Shown here: in pieces, positions 18,625 through 28,011 of the stretch | How positions within the stretch are numbered: the stretch's first letter is position 1 | Layout of the letters: every line of letters begins with the position of its first letter | Origin: a virus | Taxonomy: Duplodnaviria; Caudoviricetes | Virus record (IMG/VR): IMGVR_UViG_3300044546_001769 | Location: 1-55,052 of that record | Length of the DNA: 55,052 nucleotides | Strand: one strand, 5' to 3' | Program-made: the position numbers and the translations under genes | Notes under the pieces: model-generated | Seen by the model: the letters and a program-made list of their open reading frames with translations, nothing else | Told to the model about the DNA's origin: nothing | Databases searched by the model: none

Positions 18625-20001
18625 ATGATAATAACAGATGCAGCTAGTTTAATTGATGGTGGTATAATTGGTCAACAATTCTTTGCACCTATTGTCATTA
18701 ACACTACACAGCGAACTATTACTATTACTCCAGGTTCTGGAATTTTACCAAAAACGTCAGATGGGGTAACTGGACAAGCGCTGTATTCTGCGCTAAAGTT
18801 GTTGTGGAAAAACAGTCCAAATCTAATCAAATTCAAATTTCCGATGGAATCTATTACTCCAGAACAATTTGAATTTATTAATGGCTGGTCACCGGCGGAT
18901 ATAACTACACGTAAAGCTCTTCGTAGTTGTGGCTGGGCAGAACGCAATGTTAATGGAAAAATTACATCTGCTTGGGCTGGTATTATTTCTCTTGGTGAAA
19001 TTTTACAAAGCGAACAGGCTTACTATCAACTAGTTAACGAAAATTCTCCGTCAGAAAATTTTGTTTTTGCTGGTCCGATTAATGAAGCTATTCAAATTTT
19101 GTCAGACCCAAATGGTGATGGAAACTATACAGATGGTTTTGACAGGCGACAACATTTAAAATTATTTGTTAGAACACAACAACGCACTTATGCAAGTTCA
19201 AGTATTGTTGAAATTGGCGTAAGTAAAATGACATATATTGCATACAGATTCTCGCTTACTACAAGCGTTGATTCAAATGTAATAGTCGCTGATTCAGTTA
19301 TTGAAAATGATGCTCAATATTCATCTGTTGCAGTAACATATTTTAGCCAAACTCAACAACGTTCCTTTAATGGAATTAATAGAAATTTCAACGTAATTAT
19401 CAATGGCGCTGGCTGTGGTATAAAGCAAATCTATACTAAATTGCAATATCTTTTGCGACAAAGTGGTGATATTGATCAAAGCACATCAACAAAATCTGGA
19501 AAAGTAGCAGATAGTCTGTGTCGTTTTGTTGGTGATAAGTTGTTTACATCACGTGGTGTGTTTATTGAAAATTTCAATCAAGCAGATATAAATCAGCTTG
19601 TTTTTACTGACACATCCGGAACAGAAGTTTCATATCCATTTGTTTCTACTTGCAGCATCAACTTCAATTCAAATCTTGTAAACGACACTGATGCAATATA
19701 CGGTGTATATTTTACAAGCACCCCAGCTGGAAACTATGGAAGCAGCTCTGCAGTATTATTAGAAGATATTACTGGAAGTGCAGTTTCCGGAAAAGTAAGT
19801 GGTAAATCTAACATAGTGTTCTCTTTTAATTACGATGCAAATACTCAGGGCGGAAGAACACCGTCAACGGATGCAGATATAACTCTTGTTGCTATTGGAT
19901 TAAATACAGGTCAATTCGTTTGTTCTACTGGAACAATTACTCGAGCAACAGGTCAGACTTTCTCGCTTGTAGCTGCTCTTGATCGTGTTTATACAGTTTG
20001 A
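18625..20001 (+). CDS. Structural protein (tail-associated, environmental-phage family)
   Basis: DGVTGQALYSALKLLWK...FPMESITPEQFEFINGW motif; SD aagg. Confidence 0.7.
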   Translation: MIITDAASLIDGGIIGQQFFAPIVINTTQRTITITPGSGILPKTSDGVTGQALYSALKLLWKNSPNLIKFKFPMESITPEQFEFINGWSPADITTRKALRSCGWAERNVNGKITSAWAGIISLGEILQSEQAYYQLVNENSPSENFVFAGPINEAIQILSDPNGDGNYTDGFDRRQHLKLFVRTQQRTYASSSIVEIGVSKMTYIAYRFSLTTSVDSNVIVADSVIENDAQYSSVAVTYFSQTQQRSFNGINRNFNVIINGAGCGIKQIYTKLQYLLRQSGDIDQSTSTKSGKVADSLCRFVGDKLFTSRGVFIENFNQADINQLVFTDTSGTEVSYPFVSTCSINFNSNLVNDTDAIYGVYFTSTPAGNYGSSSAVLLEDITGSAVSGKVSGKSNIVFSFNYDANTQGGRTPSTDADITLVAIGLNTGQFVCSTGTITRATGQTFSLVAALDRVYTV

Positions 20002-20035
20002 AACTGATGTGTAATGCATCAAATAGAGGATTATA

Positions 20036-20656
20036 GTGGCAAAAGTTGTGTTCAGCGGTGTAGATAAAACTATCTCAGTACTTCCAGCGTATTCTGAGTT
20101 GAACACTCGTGCGGATGTATATTCAGAATGGAAACGCTGGGTCGCATCTGGAAATTTACAATTTTTGCCCGCATTTCGTTATTCTGGTGGCGATACTATT
20201 GTTGATAATCAAAAGTCAATTGAAATATTTGTACTGCTGAACGGCTGGAAAATTCAAATCAATCATGACTGTACAATTGACGGAACAATATTAAGCGATA
20301 ACAGTACTACACCATTTATATCGAGTAAAAATCTTGTTCTTATTGCAAATAGAACGTCAGATCACGCAACAGGCAATAATGTGGGTTCAGCTCCTTCAAC
20401 AGCTCAAATCGCAAGTGCAATTAGATCTGAATTGTCTCCTGAACTGTCTCGTATAGATGCTCCTATAAGTTCTCTACAAAGCGGCGCGAACGGTGGACTG
20501 ACGTCGGCTCAATCCCAAATGTTATTGGAAATGTATGAACTGCTAGGTCTAGATCCAACAAAGCCGCTCGTTGTAACGTCAACATCACGAACAGCTGGTT
20601 CAATTCATCAGACTATTAATTCTTCTTCAACTGAAACACTTGTAATGAGAACATAA
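20036..20656 (+). CDS. Structural protein
   Basis: GTG start with SD gagg; DVYSEWKRW...PAFRYSGGD...LLNGWKI motif. Confidence 0.7.
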   Translation: MAKVVFSGVDKTISVLPAYSELNTRADVYSEWKRWVASGNLQFLPAFRYSGGDTIVDNQKSIEIFVLLNGWKIQINHDCTIDGTILSDNSTTPFISSKNLVLIANRTSDHATGNNVGSAPSTAQIASAIRSELSPELSRIDAPISSLQSGANGGLTSAQSQMLLEMYELLGLDPTKPLVVTSTSRTAGSIHQTINSSSTETLVMRT

Positions 20657-20657
20657 A

Positions 20658-21035
20658 ATGTTCAATTTTACGAATTTTGCAGTTGACGGTCTAATGCCAG
20701 GACTTTTTTCAAAATTGTCTGCTGGAACTCTTGGTGCGTTCGATGTAGAAGTTATAATAGAACCAGTTGTTCAGACTGGCGGTGGTGGATACGCTGTCTG
20801 GACTCCAAAATCTGGTGGAAAACCCGATCGCTATAGAGTAACGGTTCGTATTAAATTCAACGGAAAAACATACACTGATTCGAAAATAGTAGATGATATA
20901 GAAGCACGCGTTATTGCAAAATTTAATGGGATAACTTGTTTTGATGAAAACTCTACTATGGTTTCAGTAAAAGGAATGCAAATTTTTGACGCGGCGGAAA
21001 TCAAAATCCGTGCTACATTAAATATTACAATATAA
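20658..21035 (+). CDS. Hypothetical protein
   Basis: 125 aa ORF, tightly packed. Confidence 0.7.
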   Translation: MFNFTNFAVDGLMPGLFSKLSAGTLGAFDVEVIIEPVVQTGGGGYAVWTPKSGGKPDRYRVTVRIKFNGKTYTDSKIVDDIEARVIAKFNGITCFDENSTMVSVKGMQIFDAAEIKIRATLNITI

Positions 21036-21051
21036 AATTAACGGGTCTATT

Positions 21052-22191
21052 ATGAGTATAGCAAAATTAAAACTCGACGAGTCTAATAAACTTAGCTTTA
21101 ATGTTGAAATCACTGGAGCAGTGGGACAGCCAGAAACACGATTTATTATTGAGGGAAAGAATTTTAATATTGCATTTCCATGTACACAGCATCAAAACGA
21201 AGCGGTTGTTGAAATTGCCGGTCTAAAGAATGTTCTGCAGGCAGGAGAATACCGAGCACGCCTTGAAGTGGTATTAGAGAATAAGATTTATACTCCTCTT
21301 GAAGACAGTATTGTATTTGAGCCAAGTATTGAAGTACATTCCGCAAAAACTGTTAAAAAACCAGTTTTGCGTGAAGCCGTAAAGGTCAATAAAGTTATTA
21401 TTCACAAGACTGAAATTAGCGAAAGCGAACTAGAAAAAACACGAATGAAAGCTGCACTCATTATAGCAGCAGGTGTTGGTTATATTCCAGAAAGTTTTGA
21501 ATCGCCAGAAAAAATAGTAAAATCCGCTCTTGGCAGTGTAACTGAGCTTTCTATTTCAGCTCATGACAAGCTAATCGAAATGCTGGAATTAGCTGAAGAG
21601 GTAGGAATTTCTATAGGCAATACTGCATTGCCCAAACGCAGTTTGGTTATTGAAGATCAAACTGCAGACGATGAAGAATTAGAAAAAATGTCTGATGAAT
21701 TGTCTGATGAAGAACTAGAAAAACTGGTCGATGAATTGTCTGATGAAGAACTAATTGCCCATGCATATGATGATGAAGAGCTCCGCGTAATTGATGCTGA
21801 TACAGGCGATGAAATCGATGATGATGAAATTGATGATATAAAAGAATTAGACGAGTCGTATCTTACTGAAATTTTATCGCGCGGTGCACGTCTTAGGATT
21901 GCTAAAAAAGCAAAAATTGCAATGAGTCATGGTAAATTACGCAGAAACATTCAAGTTTCTTTACACCGACACAGCAATAACGAAACATTTATGAAAAGAA
22001 GTCGTCGAGCCGCCGTTCAGACTATGAAGAATAAATTATCTCGAGGAGTTCCTTATAATAGTTTATCTGTTGCGCAAAAAGAACGAATTGAAAAAATCAT
22101 TTCAAAACGAAAATCCGCTATTGGTCGCATGGCAAATAAACTTTTAACTCGAGTAAGAAGTATTGAACAACATCGTTTAGCTAGAAAATGA
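21052..22191 (+). CDS. T4-like head-associated protein (acidic repeats, basic C-terminal domain)
   Basis: DELSDEEL repeats, LDE/LTE candidate gp21 sites, very basic C-terminus. Confidence 0.7.
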   Translation: MSIAKLKLDESNKLSFNVEITGAVGQPETRFIIEGKNFNIAFPCTQHQNEAVVEIAGLKNVLQAGEYRARLEVVLENKIYTPLEDSIVFEPSIEVHSAKTVKKPVLREAVKVNKVIIHKTEISESELEKTRMKAALIIAAGVGYIPESFESPEKIVKSALGSVTELSISAHDKLIEMLELAEEVGISIGNTALPKRSLVIEDQTADDEELEKMSDELSDEELEKLVDELSDEELIAHAYDDEELRVIDADTGDEIDDDEIDDIKELDESYLTEILSRGARLRIAKKAKIAMSHGKLRRNIQVSLHRHSNNETFMKRSRRAAVQTMKNKLSRGVPYNSLSVAQKERIEKIISKRKSAIGRMANKLLTRVRSIEQHRLARK

Positions 22192-22222
22192 TTAACCTTT
22201 TAAAGAATTATACGGAGCAAAA

Positions 22223-23608
22223 ATGAAATTGCAAAACAACGAAGCACTTAGCGATAAACAAAAACAACTTGATCATAATAATGATGGCAAGATCGATTCA
22301 AAAGATCTTCATAAAGTTAGAAAACACGGTGCTAAAACAGTCGAAGAAGACGCTGAGAATTTAGATGAATTTGCTATTGGCACTAAGGTTCATCATCCAT
22401 TCCTTGGTTTAAAAGGTGGAGAAGTAGTAAAGCCAGAAGAAAATGGTTTTAATCATGATAAAGGTGTTAAATCACATGACAGTAATATTCATGTAAAAGC
22501 TTCTAACGGTAAAATTTATAAATTTGCTGCACACTCCGTCAAGCCTGTTCCAGATGATAAAGAAGTAGAAAAAATGAAACCGCTGTCTAGAAACGCATTA
22601 CGTAAAGAATCTATCGAAGCAGTATTGTCAGCTTGTATTGAAAACCACAAGCATGTTGAAGAGTCTTCAAAGGAAATCAAACTTGTTTCATTTTCTGATT
22701 ATTCAAAATTGTTTGAGGCAGTTACAGAATCAACAGAACAAATTGATGAACTTTCTAAAACTACCCTGGGTTCTTATATCAAAAAAGCAAGTGATAGCGG
22801 TATGAAGGATTCCGGGAATGCCGGAGCGTATGCGAGTAAATCAAGTCTTGCTGCCAGAGACGGTGATTTTAAAAAATCAGACGACGCAGCTAAACGTTTT
22901 TTCAAATACGACAACAGTATGAATAAACGTAAAGAAGGTATTGTTAAAGCTGTTAATCGTTTAACACGCGAGAGCAGCGATATTGAATTTGATGATGAAG
23001 GTTCTGACAAACTAGACGAAATCAGCAAAGATACAATTCGTGCATACAAGCATAAAGCTGAAATGTCAGTTCCAGAAGATGATCGTGAGTATAAGAACAG
23101 ATCAGCTGGTATTGAGCGTGCAGATAAAAGATTGAAAAATGAATCATCCGTTAACGAAAATATTTTCGGTGGAGCAGCTCAAAATTGGCTAACAAAGGGT
23201 GACTCGTCAATGAAATCTGCAACAGGTGAAAAACGTGGTCGTGGTAATCCTGGCACCGAACGCGGTGAGTATAAAATTGATGCAAAAAAACGCCAAGACC
23301 CATCGTATAAGGATGAACTGAGTAAAAAAGTTATGGCTGCAAAGGCAGATGGTTTTGCAGCACGCGATAATTTTAAAACTGCCATGAACAATGCAATTAA
23401 AGCACATCAAATTGCTTCAGCTGGAAACTCAGGAACCATTATCTACAAACGCGGTGATCAACATCATATAAGTGATATTGCCGACGTTTCCGGAAATGCG
23501 CATGAAACTGTTTATAAAACCATGAACGGACACTCTGTTCCAGTTAGTGATGTGGTTTCAACAGATTCGGCTGATTGGAAAAAATATCGCGATAAAAAAT
23601 CAAGTTAA
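22223..23608 (+). CDS. Putative internal head polyprotein
   Basis: Repeated IDELSKTTLGSYIKKA / LDEISKDTIRAYKHKA modules, EF-hand-like DHNNDGKIDSKD, many [LI]xE sites. Confidence 0.7.
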   Translation: MKLQNNEALSDKQKQLDHNNDGKIDSKDLHKVRKHGAKTVEEDAENLDEFAIGTKVHHPFLGLKGGEVVKPEENGFNHDKGVKSHDSNIHVKASNGKIYKFAAHSVKPVPDDKEVEKMKPLSRNALRKESIEAVLSACIENHKHVEESSKEIKLVSFSDYSKLFEAVTESTEQIDELSKTTLGSYIKKASDSGMKDSGNAGAYASKSSLAARDGDFKKSDDAAKRFFKYDNSMNKRKEGIVKAVNRLTRESSDIEFDDEGSDKLDEISKDTIRAYKHKAEMSVPEDDREYKNRSAGIERADKRLKNESSVNENIFGGAAQNWLTKGDSSMKSATGEKRGRGNPGTERGEYKIDAKKRQDPSYKDELSKKVMAAKADGFAARDNFKTAMNNAIKAHQIASAGNSGTIIYKRGDQHHISDIADVSGNAHETVYKTMNGHSVPVSDVVSTDSADWKKYRDKKSS

Positions 23609-23622
23609 TAAGGAAAATCAAT

Positions 23623-23970
23623 ATGAAAACAAAAACTCTTTTTTATACTCCAGCAGATTTAAAACTTCCAGAAAACCGGGCTGCTGGAATTAGAACGCCT
23701 GGCTGGAACATTGTTCAAGAATGGACTGATTCTAATGGAAATGTACGTCGACGTGTAGAACCAGTTGTTGTTAATTCTGTTGTTGAAACTCCTGTAGAGC
23801 CAAAACCAGTAGAAGAGATTAAACAAGAACCAGTTGTTGTTAATTCTGTTGTTGAAACTCCTGTAGAAGAGATTAAACAAGAACCAGTTGTTGTTAATTC
23901 TGTTGTTGAAACTCCTGTAGAAGAGATTAAACAAGAACCAGTCAATAAAACAAAAGCAAAATCTAAATGA
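23623..23970 (+). CDS. Small protein with tandem repeats
   Basis: SD aagga; EPVVVNSVVETPVEEIKQ repeats. Confidence 0.75.
   Translation: MKTKTLFYTPADLKLPENRAAGIRTPGWNIVQEWTDSNGNVRRRVEPVVVNSVVETPVEPKPVEEIKQEPVVVNSVVETPVEEIKQEPVVVNSVVETPVEEIKQEPVNKTKAKSK
23758..23942 (+). repeat. 54-bp coding tandem repeat (3 copies)
   Basis: Identical copies at 23827-23880 and 23881-23934; the first copy (23758-23826) carries a 15-bp insertion. Confidence 0.95.
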
Positions 23971-24326
23971 TAAAAAGCGATTCAGAATTTCTTCAACGTG
24001 CAATGAAAGCATATGATAATATCCAGTGCTCGTCTATGGATGAACTAAAAGAGGATCTGAATCGCTTTAATACAATAAAAAAGATGTTAAAACGCCATGA
24101 ACAAACTGGCGAAGTTAGCACACGTTTGTTATTGAATCATTTAGTTATAATTTTTAACGTATTTGGAAATTCTGCTTTTGATATGTTGTTGTTTAAAATA
24201 CCAAAGACGCTGTATCGCGATCTTATGCCATTTTTGGTATTGCTGAATAGAATAACAACTGAGCAGTTAAATTCTTTGTGTGTAATTCCAAATGAAAAAT
24301 TATTAAAAGAATTAAAGGAATTTTAA
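23967..24326 (+). CDS. Conserved T4-like hypothetical protein
   Basis: AMKAYDN.QC...EDLNRF..IKK.L...RLLLNHLVIIFNVFG motif common in aquatic T4-like phages. Confidence 0.8.
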   Translation: MIKSDSEFLQRAMKAYDNIQCSSMDELKEDLNRFNTIKKMLKRHEQTGEVSTRLLLNHLVIIFNVFGNSAFDMLLFKIPKTLYRDLMPFLVLLNRITTEQLNSLCVIPNEKLLKELKEF

Positions 24327-24327
24327 A

Positions 24328-24861
24328 GTGGCAAACATTATTGATACAGTTATTGCTTTACGCGTATTGTGGATTCTTATTACGCCAATTGAAAACACTG
24401 ATGCATTTAAATTGGGTTTAATTGATGCAGATGGTAAAACAATTAAAAAAGCAAAAACTCCAGAAGAAAAAAATTCAACATCAGCACTGCATAGAATGGT
24501 GTGGAATCTTAAACGTCTAATAAGTATTGTTCCAGGAGGCAGCACTCGTATTGGAAGTCTGGCCGCAGGTTATTTGCTGATGAAGGAAGCAATTCAGAAT
24601 AATTGGACAGAAGAACAGCTCGCAGAACAAGTAGACATACAATTTAATGCATTGTGCGAACAAAACGAAACTAATGATGAAATAAAATCTCTTTTGCATG
24701 GTTTGCTTCAAATTAATGAGGATGCACCTGTTAATAGTTCGCAGACTGCATCTGGAGATTCAAATGTTTGCACGGACGTTCCAAAAAAGAGCTTAGGACT
24801 TGCTCGCCGACAATCTAAGAAAAATATTGTTGAAAAAATATTCAGCAATACAATTAATTAG
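24328..24861 (+). CDS. Conserved T4-like hypothetical protein
   Basis: GTG start; TPIENTDAFKLGLIDADGK...HRMVWNLKRLI; INEDAPVN candidate gp21 site. Confidence 0.8.
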   Translation: MANIIDTVIALRVLWILITPIENTDAFKLGLIDADGKTIKKAKTPEEKNSTSALHRMVWNLKRLISIVPGGSTRIGSLAAGYLLMKEAIQNNWTEEQLAEQVDIQFNALCEQNETNDEIKSLLHGLLQINEDAPVNSSQTASGDSNVCTDVPKKSLGLARRQSKKNIVEKIFSNTIN

Positions 24862-24862
24862 A

Positions 24863-25021
24863 ATGGAAATAATAGTATTGATTATTGCGTGTAGTTTTGT
24901 TTTATTATGTTTTTTCTATATTGTATCTTTTTTAAATAAAGAAAAAGAAAAAAAGAATAGTGTTTTAAGAACTCTCGATGAAAAGTTTGAAATAATGGAG
25001 AATAATAATGACGTTCGGTAA
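24863..25021 (+). CDS. Small single-TM membrane protein
   Basis: MEIIVLIIACSFVLLCFFYIVSFL then basic residues; start re-called from 24800. Confidence 0.6.
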   Translation: MEIIVLIIACSFVLLCFFYIVSFLNKEKEKKNSVLRTLDEKFEIMENNNDVR

Positions 25022-25169
25022 TATAATTATAACTATTATTATTTTAACGATCGTTTTAACCGTTATTGTATTTTTTTTAGAAGATGACGGCTACCCAGAT
25101 AACTTCGAAGAAGAAGAAGAAGATTTGAAGAAAATGTATGACGAAATTTCTAACAAACGGAATTATTGA
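25008..25169 (+). CDS. Small single-TM membrane protein (53 aa), not in the ORF track
   Basis: SD ggag; MTFGNIIITIIILTIVLTVIVFFLEDDGYPDNFEEEEED... Confidence 0.65.
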   Translation: MTFGNIIITIIILTIVLTVIVFFLEDDGYPDNFEEEEEDLKKMYDEISNKRNY

Positions 25170-25518
25170 TTATATTGTATACGCAGTAATAATTGCATGG
25201 TCTTCGCTTATTACATGGTTTGTAACAAAACGAAAAATAAAGCAAGAACAGCTTGAGATGACAAAAATAGATAATGAGCATGATTTTTTAAAACGCCAAA
25301 ATTCTTTGATTGATCATGCTCTAAATCAAAACGAAAAAATTACACATCTTATTAGGCATTTTCAAGATGAAATAGGTAAACTACATCAGGATGTAATTGA
25401 ACTGCGTGTAGAAAATAATTGTCTTAAATATGAAATAAGTCAACTCAATGACACTATAAAGTTACTTGTTCAGGTAAATGACGCAGAAAAAACATTCATA
25501 GGTGAAAAACATGTTTGA
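25138..25518 (+). CDS. N-terminal TM + coiled-coil protein (holin-like, lysis cassette)
   Basis: TM IVYAVIIAWSSLITWFV followed by heptads; adjacent to spanins. Confidence 0.65.
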   Translation: MTKFLTNGIIDYIVYAVIIAWSSLITWFVTKRKIKQEQLEMTKIDNEHDFLKRQNSLIDHALNQNEKITHLIRHFQDEIGKLHQDVIELRVENNCLKYEISQLNDTIKLLVQVNDAEKTFIGEKHV

Positions 25519-26110
25519 CTTTTTATTAATTTTATTTTCTATTGATTGGAATACGCTTATAGTACCAATTATAGTAGCTGGAATAGTACTGTACTGTATT
25601 TCACACGTAAAAATTCTGCCTTTACCTTATAGGTTTATATCTGGAGTGGTTGGAGCAATTTTAGCAGTCGGCGGAATTTTTATGAGCGGAATGAATCATC
25701 AAGCTCAAAAAGAACTTGCAGCAGCTGAACAGTTTAAACTTCGTATTGCACAGCTTGAACTTGACGTTCGAGAAAAAAAGATTGAAATCGTAAATAAGTA
25801 TGTAGACAAAATCAAAACAATTGAAGTCGAGAAAAAAGTATATGTTGAGGCAGTCAATGAAATCTTTACACCTGAAATTATTAATCGTTTCCCTATCTCT
25901 AACGGGTTTGTTAGGTTGCACGACTCAAGTGCGTCGGGAAGTCTTTTGCCCAGCTCCGCCGAAAGAATTGATGGAGAAGCCTCATCAATTACAATTGCTA
26001 GAGCAACAGAAGTAATCGTTGAAAATTACACAAATTGTAGAGCCAATGTTGTTCAACTAGAAGCTTTACAAGAATGGATTAAGTCTGTTCAAGAATTAAC
26101 CAATAAGTAA
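25511..26110 (+). CDS. i-spanin (Rz-like)
   Basis: N-terminal TMs, coiled coil, GFVRLHDSSA...ENYTNCRANVVQLEALQEW motif; contains an embedded lipoprotein gene. Confidence 0.8.
   Translation: MFDFLLILFSIDWNTLIVPIIVAGIVLYCISHVKILPLPYRFISGVVGAILAVGGIFMSGMNHQAQKELAAAEQFKLRIAQLELDVREKKIEIVNKYVDKIKTIEVEKKVYVEAVNEIFTPEIINRFPISNGFVRLHDSSASGSLLPSSAERIDGEASSITIARATEVIVENYTNCRANVVQLEALQEWIKSVQELTNK
25857..26015 (+). CDS. o-spanin (Rz1-like lipoprotein) embedded in the +1 frame of the i-spanin
   Basis: SD gagg at 25847; MKSLHLKLLIVSLSLTGLLGC lipobox; Pro-rich CPAPPKELMEKP. Confidence 0.85.
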   Translation: MKSLHLKLLIVSLSLTGLLGCTTQVRREVFCPAPPKELMEKPHQLQLLEQQK

Positions 26111-26117
26111 TCTTGAA

Positions 26118-26199
26118 CAGATGCTTCGCATCTGGTTTGCAAGCAAACAGTACAATTTGTAATACAGTATTGATAACTAGAATAACTTAACGTTGTTAA
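26118..26199. repeat. Cluster of five short inverted repeats
   Basis: cagatgc-ttc-gcatctg, gtttgc-aa-gcaaac, tacaa-t-ttgta, aatac-a-gtatt, ttaac-gtt-gttaa. Confidence 0.85.
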
Positions 26200-26203
26200 T
26201 ACC

Positions 26204-26238
26204 ATTATACCATCTTTTTTACTAAAGAAAAATAAACT
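26204..26238 (-). promoter_or_regulatory. Leftward promoter, mirror of the gp55 promoter
   Basis: Minus strand reads agtttatttttcttt-N14-TATAAT with an extended -10 TG. Confidence 0.6.
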
Positions 26239-26292
26239 GTCAAAAAATTTTGTTATGCATGACTTTTTGATCAAACAGTTGAAAAATTCATA

Positions 26293-26328
26293 AGTTTATT
26301 TTTCTTTTAACACTCTTTGTTGTATAAT
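26293..26328 (+). promoter_or_regulatory. Pre-replicative promoter upstream of gp55
   Basis: agtttatttttcttt...tgttgTATAAT; variant of the repeated TTTACTTTTA motif. Confidence 0.7.
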
Positions 26329-26362
26329 AGTTCTATCATTAATACAAATAAGAGTTTTCATT

Positions 26363-26959
26363 ATGACATCTCAGCTTAAAGTCGTTGATCCTGTAGATCC
26401 AGCCAACCCTCGATATTACTTAGACAAAGCAGCAATGCACGCAGCTTTGGCTCAATATAAAGAGGATTGTGAAAAAGCAACAGCTGAAGGAAAACCACAG
26501 CCTAATATCCCAAATTACATTGGTGAATGTTTTATGGGAATCGCCAAAGGCTATGCAATGAAGTACAATTTTCGATCGTATTCATTTGTAAATGATATGA
26601 TTGGTGATGCTGTAATGACTTGTATTAAGTATATTCGTTCATACGATCCAGACCGTCGAAATGAAAGTGGAACTGCAACATCACCTCTTGCGTATTTTAC
26701 TCAGTGTTGTCACTATGCGTTTTTAGGACGTATTGCTCTTGAGGCAAAGCAGAGTAAGATCAAACGATCGCTAATCATGAATGCGGATTTTGATACTTTC
26801 TCATTACAGGGTGATGATGATGCAAAAGATTTTCATATGCATCTTGTTGAGTTTACACAGTCGTTGGGTCCAGATACAGATGCTTCGCCAACAGAGTCAA
26901 AGAAAAAACGTGAAACAAAACAAAAAACCGTTGGACCACTTGATAACTTTTTAGAATGA
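26363..26959 (+). CDS. gp55: Late transcription sigma factor
   Basis: IPNYIGECFMGIA...NFRSYSFVNDMIGDA...PLAYFTQCCHYAFLGRI; upstream of gp47/gp46. Confidence 0.93.
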   Translation: MTSQLKVVDPVDPANPRYYLDKAAMHAALAQYKEDCEKATAEGKPQPNIPNYIGECFMGIAKGYAMKYNFRSYSFVNDMIGDAVMTCIKYIRSYDPDRRNESGTATSPLAYFTQCCHYAFLGRIALEAKQSKIKRSLIMNADFDTFSLQGDDDAKDFHMHLVEFTQSLGPDTDASPTESKKKRETKQKTVGPLDNFLE

Positions 26960-28011
26960 AAATAATATTTCTTGGCGACCTTCATCTTGGAGCCCGAAGC
27001 GGTAGTACTCATTTCTGTAACTACTTTAATAAATTCTTTTCTGATGTTCTCTATCCGTATATGGACGAGCATGGAATCAAACACATTGTTCAATTAGGTG
27101 ACTTTTTTGATTCACGAACAAATTTAAGTCTTAAGGCATTTCATTTTTGTAAACCGCAGTGGCTAGATCCACTTGTACAAAATGATTACAAAATGCACGT
27201 ATTAATTGGCAATCATGATATTTCACTGCGCGAATCGCTAGAGATCAATTCTCCTCAAAGTCTTCTTCAAGAATATGTTAAATCTGGTAATTTAATTATT
27301 CATGACAAACCTACTCAAATTGAATTTTCAAATACTACTATTGATGTGATTCCGTGGATTTGTCGTGATAATCACTCTGAGATAGAGGAATTTCTTAAAC
27401 GACCAAAAGTCGGTGATTTGTGTGTTGGTCATTTTGAAATTGCTGGTTTTGAAATGTATCGTGGTGTTGAGGGTCATGGTGGTCTAGACCCGGAAACATT
27501 TGAACGATATGAACGTACACTTTCTGGACACTATCATACGCGTAGCTATTCTGAACGATATAGCATAGAGTATATTGGAACACCGTACGAGATTACATGG
27601 AGTGATTGTAGTGATCCGCGAGGATTCACTGTGTTTGATACAGATACACGTGAATTCAGCTTTGTACAGAATCCAAATACAATGTTTAAACGGATCTACT
27701 ATAGAGATGGTAATCAAGATAATCTTGCAGAACTGCGTGGAAAATTCGTTAAATTAATAGTCGAAAGTAAGACGAGCTTATATCAATTTGATACATTCTT
27801 GACGCGGCTACGCGAAATTGAAATGTACGATTTGTCTATTGTAGAGAATATTGACAATCTAATTATTGCAGAAGAACTAGATGAAAATCTAAAAATTGAA
27901 GATACTCTAAGCATAATTGGTTCATACGTTGATAAACTTGAAACACAAACAGACAAAAATAAAATTAAGCAATATTTGCAATCTCTATACACTGAAGCTA
28001 TTTCATTATGA
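26956..28011 (+). CDS. gp47: Recombination nuclease subunit (Mre11/SbcD-like)
   Basis: GDLHLG, GDFFD, GNHD, GHFE, SGHYH, YIGTPYEITWSD. Confidence 0.96.
   Translation: MKIIFLGDLHLGARSGSTHFCNYFNKFFSDVLYPYMDEHGIKHIVQLGDFFDSRTNLSLKAFHFCKPQWLDPLVQNDYKMHVLIGNHDISLRESLEINSPQSLLQEYVKSGNLIIHDKPTQIEFSNTTIDVIPWICRDNHSEIEEFLKRPKVGDLCVGHFEIAGFEMYRGVEGHGGLDPETFERYERTLSGHYHTRSYSERYSIEYIGTPYEITWSDCSDPRGFTVFDTDTREFSFVQNPNTMFKRIYYRDGNQDNLAELRGKFVKLIVESKTSLYQFDTFLTRLREIEMYDLSIVENIDNLIIAEELDENLKIEDTLSIIGSYVDKLETQTDKNKIKQYLQSLYTEAISL

Noticed and set aside
26238-26243. TTGACA on the minus strand as the -35 of the leftward promoter
   Set aside because: It lies 28 nt from the TATAAT, which is too far
26089-26274. 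Minus-strand 61-aa ORF in the intergenic region
   Set aside because: No clear SD, spans the promoter and palindromes, and is opposite to all other genes; a short peptide from the internal ATG cannot be fully excluded
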